A DNA stretch of 64,000 bases, taken from Octopus sinensis. Its lineage: Eukaryota. Positions 58,838 to 64,000 of the stretch are shown here, one piece after another (within the stretch, counting starts at the first letter, position 1; each line of letters starts with the position of its first letter). Where the stretch lies: positions 4,340,001-4,404,000 of the forward strand of contig NC_043004.1 of NCBI RefSeq assembly GCF_006345805.1. Reading direction: 5' to 3'. The position numbers were made by a program, and so were the translations under genes. The notes below the pieces were generated by a model that was given only the letters and a program-made list of their open reading frames with translations, did not search any database and was not told the origin of the DNA.

Positions 58838-58885
58838 GTCTTACAGCTGTTTCCAGGATATTTATTATATCCCTTCATCGGAGAC
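58838..58885 (-). ncRNA. Hammerhead-like motif (family 3)
   Basis: Minus strand GUCU-CCGAUGA-A-GGGAUAU(AAUAA)AUAUCCU-G-GAAAC-AGCU-GUA-AGAC; stem I GUCU/AGAC, palindromic ACAGCUGU. Confidence 0.55.
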
Positions 58886-59023
58886 GGTGTGAGAAGATGG
58901 TTCAGTAATAGTTAATTTAGATAAGATACGAAATAGAGAGTGAGGTGGACGAATGAAAATATATGTAAGATATGCAGGGATATTGTATTTGTAGATCCAT
59001 TATTTAGTCAGAAATGCCACAAT

Positions 59024-59096
<73 letters not shown>

Positions 59097-61533
59097 GTGT
59101 GTGTGTGTGTGTGTGCATGCATATGTCTTTGTATATGCAACTGTCCCCACTACTATCATTTGACAACTGGAGTTGGTTTGTTTACATCCCTTTTCAGTTT
59201 AGCAAAAGAGAATGCTTTAAAAAACAGTACTGAGGTCAAAGCAGTGCCCCAGCATGGCCACAATCCAACAACTGAAACAGTAAAAGATAAAAAGAAATAT
59301 CTACTCTGCCACATACCCCCCACCACAGTCACACACAAACAACCACAGCAACATATTTCCATGAACTTAACTTTGCAATCACAGAGTTCAGAAATTAGAT
59401 CATCTCAACATAATTATGGGTTGACCCTTGTGAGTGACAGTGAAAAATAAACTGATGGGTAGAAGCTCATTAAATGGGGCTGTATTTATTCTTGGAGAAT
59501 AGGTTTAATCCGTTACTCAGTTTAACCCCATCACCTTGTCACAGGCTTCTTTTGGTATAATCCACTCTCTTGGAAGTATTCAGAGAGGTTTCTGGTTTGA
59601 GACGATGTGCTGCTATTACTGGAATGAACCAATAATTATTTCTACCTTTTTTCCACCAATCCTTAGACACCCTGTAAAAGGTCATGGGTACTGATCTTCC
59701 TCACCTGACTAAGTCAGAGGAAGTAAAATCCCAACATATATTATCCTTATGGAATACAAGTTACCATAACTACCACTGCAGACTGATGTATGCCCTCTTA
59801 GAATTCTGAAAGCAAAACTATATATAATTAAATTAAAACATGCTGTAACCAGAAATTTGACATTTCATTGAACATTATTATAATAATGTTATAAAGGCCA
59901 ACTTCTGAATCACTGACTGAAGGCTCCTTAATCTATTTAACCTTTTCTCGAATACAATATTCCAAATGCGGAAGCCTCTGTGGAAGTATTAGAACTGCTA
60001 GAAATAGAAGAAAAATTCCCCATAATAAAGGAAGTCACATTATATTGTAGTGAGAACCCAGCTGAAATTTGAGGCATAGTTCTCATACTTTCCTGATATA
60101 AAATCACAGCTTAAAATGTTCCCATAACAGGAAAAGTCACAATAAAAGTATCAATGCCTACTCAAATATGGCTTGGCTAATTGGCACTGGCTGACTGATT
60201 TATGTTAAGGCAACAACTTCATAGGAAGTGTACAAGTTTTCCTGCCAAATGGATTCTACAACCTTCTTAGCTGTCAGTTATTTAAGCTAATTCAAATTAA
60301 GAGTTACCCCAGGTTTATATTCCAGGTCATGTTGTCCCCCTTCCCATGTAATTGTCTCTCATCTCTTTTACTTACTCTCAGCCTAAAGGGAGAGTTAGTT
60401 TGGATTTGCGTGAGTCAGTTGTTTTTCCTGTTTGGTAATCTGTCTCGCTTATCTTTCTCTCCTATTCACAAGCCTTAAATTAGTAGTATCAATTAACAAA
60501 TATTCATTATATGCACGGATTCATATGTCTTGTATTTCTTACGCAATATTAATTTATTGACTAATCCTATAATTTAACGACTAGCCCTATAATAGTGTAA
60601 TTGGCTAATAAAATATTTGGAAACTTAAATGAATCTAAGAGTGGTTATTGTTAAGAGACAGCTCAACAGCCCATCTCATATGAGAATAGCTAGAAAAAAG
60701 AGGACTAACAATTGCACCAAGATATAATGTAGTCCTAGATACTACTAGCACTCCATCGGTTATGATGACGAGTGTGTTCCATCCAGGGTGGCCCTTCCAT
60801 TTGCTGGCCCCAGACACCACAAAAACATATTGCCTACAGCAGACCCAAAATTACTGCCACTTTAAAAGTGATGCCCGGGATGGACAGCCCCTACCATGAC
60901 CCCCTAGCTACACAAGTAGTTCCCGTTGATTTAATCAATGGAACAACCTACTTCTGAGATTAACGTGCAAGTGGCTGAGCACTCCACAGACATACATACC
61001 CGTAACATAGTTCTTAGGGAGATACAGCATTACATGGATTGTGACACGGCTAGCTCTTTGAATTACAGGTGCTATGCATTTTCACCTGCTGAGTCAAATG
61101 GAGCAACGTGAAATAAAGTGTCTTGCTCAAATATTGAACTCACAACCTTATGATCATGAGCCAAATACCCTAACCACTAAGCCATATGTCTTCTAGATAA
61201 ACTATGTCAGATAAAAAAGTGGGGTTGTTATGGATGGAATATATCTGAACAACTGGGGTTATAATATTCAAAAATATTCAGGAAATGCCAACATTTTACA
61301 GATAAATTATAAAAGAAAGACTAAGTTTATAGTCTGAAAAATTATGCCATCAATATTGAAGGAAATGTTGTCTGTTTTACAGACAGACACACTATCAAAG
61401 ATGCTAAGAAGCAAGCCAAACAAGGTAACTGCTGTATGGTTAGTCTACCTAATAGAAATAATAACCAAGTCTCCCTTGTATCATACTTTACAACCTTAGA
61501 TCAGGAAGGACAGAAGGATGTATGTATGCACAT

Positions 61534-61782
61534 GAGCAGACAATTCTTTGACAGACAATTTGCCGACAAACATTTCACCAACAGACAGTTCCCACACAGC
61601 CTCAGACACAACACGGAGGCCTACATCAAGTACGTGGGGAGGTTGTGCTGTCCTGGGTCAAGAAGACGGCTGCTGGAACACCCTGTATCTGGCAACAGGA
61701 CGCTGTGCCATACCACACAATTGTCCGGTTTGTAAGTTGTTTGTCGACCAACAATCTGTCAACAAATTGTCCGTCTACCCGT
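61534..61782. mobile_element. MITE-like element with gacaatttg subterminal repeats enclosing a Tc1/maT transposase fragment
   Basis: Degenerate inverted ends; internal NTEAYIK...WVKKTAAGTPCIWQQDAVPYHT resembles the WQQDxAPxH catalytic motif. Confidence 0.55.
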
Positions 61783-62157
61783 ATGCATTCATTTGACAAA
61801 AATATTTAGTCCACCAGTTTGTGTGCTTTAGGCAGGCCTAGCAATCTGACAAAGTGAAATTGATAAAATGAGTACCAGACCAAGTACTAAGGTTGATGAT
61901 CCCAGCATGACCACAGCCATTCAACTAAATCCAGTAAGATAATAAAAACTAACAAGAAGACTTCTATAAGGATCCATTGAACTTGCATGTAGTCCCAGTT
62001 TCTTCTTATCCAGAAGAAAATATATTTCTTCTGAACAAGAAATGTTTTCTTCTATGACAATGAAACACTGGGCTATCAAGACAGCTGCAAGAAATAGCGA
62101 CTAAATTTCCCTCAAACCACACTTTACTGGGAAGGTAGACATTAAGATGATGATATA

Positions 62158-62374
62158 TGAGGGGGTGCTGAAAAGTCCCTGGCTTTAAAGATATCATGAA
62201 AAGCCTGGTTAGAGGCCCAACCTTTCAAGCTTTTTTACAGGGCTTAGAAAAACTGAAGGACCGCTGCAATAAGTGTGTGAATTTGAGAGGGGAATATGTT
62301 GGATAAAATCATAATTAACTGATCTTCTGGTCTTTACTTTTACTCAAAGCCTGGAACTTTTCAACAACCCCTTG
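62158..62374 (+). mobile_element. Mariner-derived MITE
   Basis: TA-TGAGGGGGTGCTGAAAAGTCCCTGGCTTT ... AAAGCCTGGAACTTTTCAACAACCCCTTG; internal GLEKLKDRCNKCVNLRGEYVG* is a mariner transposase C-terminus. Confidence 0.8.
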
Positions 62375-62399
62375 TGTGTGTATGTATGTGTATATATAT

Positions 62400-62458
<59 letters not shown>

Positions 62459-62884
62459 TTGCTATTATGTTAAACTGTTGTATGTCCAAATTTGGTCAAA
62501 TGCACTTTTTTCAGTTTTTTTTTTTTTTTTTTTTTTTGCTTACAATAGCTGTTCTTTTGGTCAAACTGTCATATCTCCAGCTACTTCAGGTGCCAAAATA
62601 GCAAAAATTGTCAAAGTGTAGTACAACAGTTTTGCTATGGAATGGTGAAACTATTTTTTTGTTTTCTGAAATAGCAATGATATATATATATATATAATCA
62701 TCATCATCATCATCATCATTTAACGTCCGATTTCCATGCTGGCTTGGGTTGGACAGTTTGACTGAAGTTTGCCAAGCCAGTGGGCTGCACCAGGCTCTAA
62801 TCTAATCTGGCAATGTTTCTACAGCTGGACGCCCATCCCAATGCCAACCACTCCATGAGTGTAATAGGTGCTTTTTATGTGCCA

Positions 62885-62918
<34 letters not shown>

Positions 62919-62921
<3 letters not shown>

Positions 62922-63336
62922 CGCAGGAGTGGCTGTGTGGTAAGTAGCTTGCTAACCAACCACATGGTTCCGGGTTCAGTCCCACTGCGTGGCATCTTGG
63001 GCAAGTGTCTTCTGCTATAGCCCCGGGTCGACCAATGCCCTGTGAGTGGATTTGGTAGACAGAAACTGAAAGAAGCCTGTCGTATATATGTATGTATGTA
63101 TATGTATGTGTGTGTTTGTGTGTCTGTGTTTGTCCCCCTAGCATTGCTTGACCACCGATGCTGGTGTGTTTACGTCCCCGTCACTTAGCGGTTCGGCAAA
63201 AGAGACCGATAGAATAAGTACTGGGCTTACAAAGAATAAGTCCCGGGGTCGATTTGCTCGACTAAAAAAAGGCGGTGCTCCAGCATGGCCGCAGTCAAAT
63301 GACTGAAACAAGTAAAAGAGCAAAAGAGCAAAGAGC
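62919..63336 (+). mobile_element. tRNA-derived SINE family A (young representative copy)
   Basis: A box TGGCTGTGTGG, B box GGTTCAGTCCC, internal (TA/TG)n, tail (AGTAAAAG)-like; other copies 7298-7705(-), 19587-20004(+), 22135-22310(+), 26835-27217(-), 30358-30724(-), 33860-34430(-), 34550-34850(-), 35337-35750(-), 47059-47460(+), 57763-58163(-). Confidence 0.9.
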
Positions 63337-63370
<34 letters not shown>

Positions 63371-63589
63371 ATAAATTGTGTATCACGCTTTATTGCAGGT
63401 CAAATTTTTATTGATGTTTTGATTATTAAATATTGTACAAATGTGAAACTTGGTCCACTGAAAGATCCTAGGTAGGTATGTACACAGTGAACATTTCAAT
63501 TGTATTGATAAGCTACATACAAAGTTATGTTGAGGTATGTAATTTGAAGTGCTTTCAACTGTGTCATGCTTTATTACAGGTGTACAAAA

Positions 63590-64000
63590 ATGTCTCTGAA
63601 ACGACATCTGACAGCTACAGAGAAGATGCAGATTGTTGCAGGTCTCGCAGAAGGTTTACCTGTGGGAGAATTAGCCCAAGAGCTTGGTCGGGATACAAGA
63701 ACATTGAAGGCGTATGTGGAAAACCTCATCCCCAAACCAAGGCAAGATAAAGGTACAAGAAGAAGTGTATCTCAGAGTGACATCCAAAAAATAGGTAGAC
63801 AAGTAAGAAAAGACCTCAATAGCACAAGTGCTGCCATATTTGAAAGTGCTGGGGTTGCTCTTTTGTCCAGAAGCACCTGGTGTAGCATCCTTAAAGAGAT
63901 GGCCAGAAGTGTTAAGTGCATTGCTAGACCCATCCTAAGCAAGAACCACAAAGAGAAGTGTATTGATTAGGCATGGAAGTACATGAAAATCAATTTCCAA
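63590..64000 (+). pseudogene. Tc1/Tc3-like transposase, N-terminal HTH region, truncated by window end
   Basis: MSLKRHLTATEKMQIVAGLAEG...ELAQELGRDTRTLKAYV...RPILSKNHKEKCID*AWKYMK; TAG at 63968-63970 interrupts the reading frame. Confidence 0.8.

Overview
AT-rich, repeat-dense eukaryotic (metazoan) genomic DNA. The SINE/LINE/MITE families and microsatellites look like those of Octopus (inference from recalled repeat families, not verified). One protein-coding gene is supported: LRSAM1 (LRR, coiled coil, SAM, PSAP, RING E3 ligase) on the minus strand. I traced 22 coding exons from the ATG at 40161 to 1344; the last RING exon lies left of position 1. The exon chain is in frame except for a 1-nt conflict between exons 6 and 7, and it carries a 47-aa N-terminal extension beginning with a myristoylation-type motif. 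The rest is intronic or upstream DNA holding tRNA-derived SINEs, RTE, CR1 and RLE-type LINE fragments, a full-length dead mariner, Tc1 and hAT remnants, MITEs and microsatellites. The most notable observation is up to four unrelated repeat families with minimal type I hammerhead ribozyme (HHR) motifs whose stem III is palindromic (AACGTT, ACCGGT, ACGGCCGT, ACAGCTGT), the dimer-cleaving form associated with Penelope-like elements. Three of the four families occur as divergent inverted pairs, and one sits behind a tRNA-like Pol III head (retrozyme/SINE-like). Most short ORFs in the supplied track are spurious.
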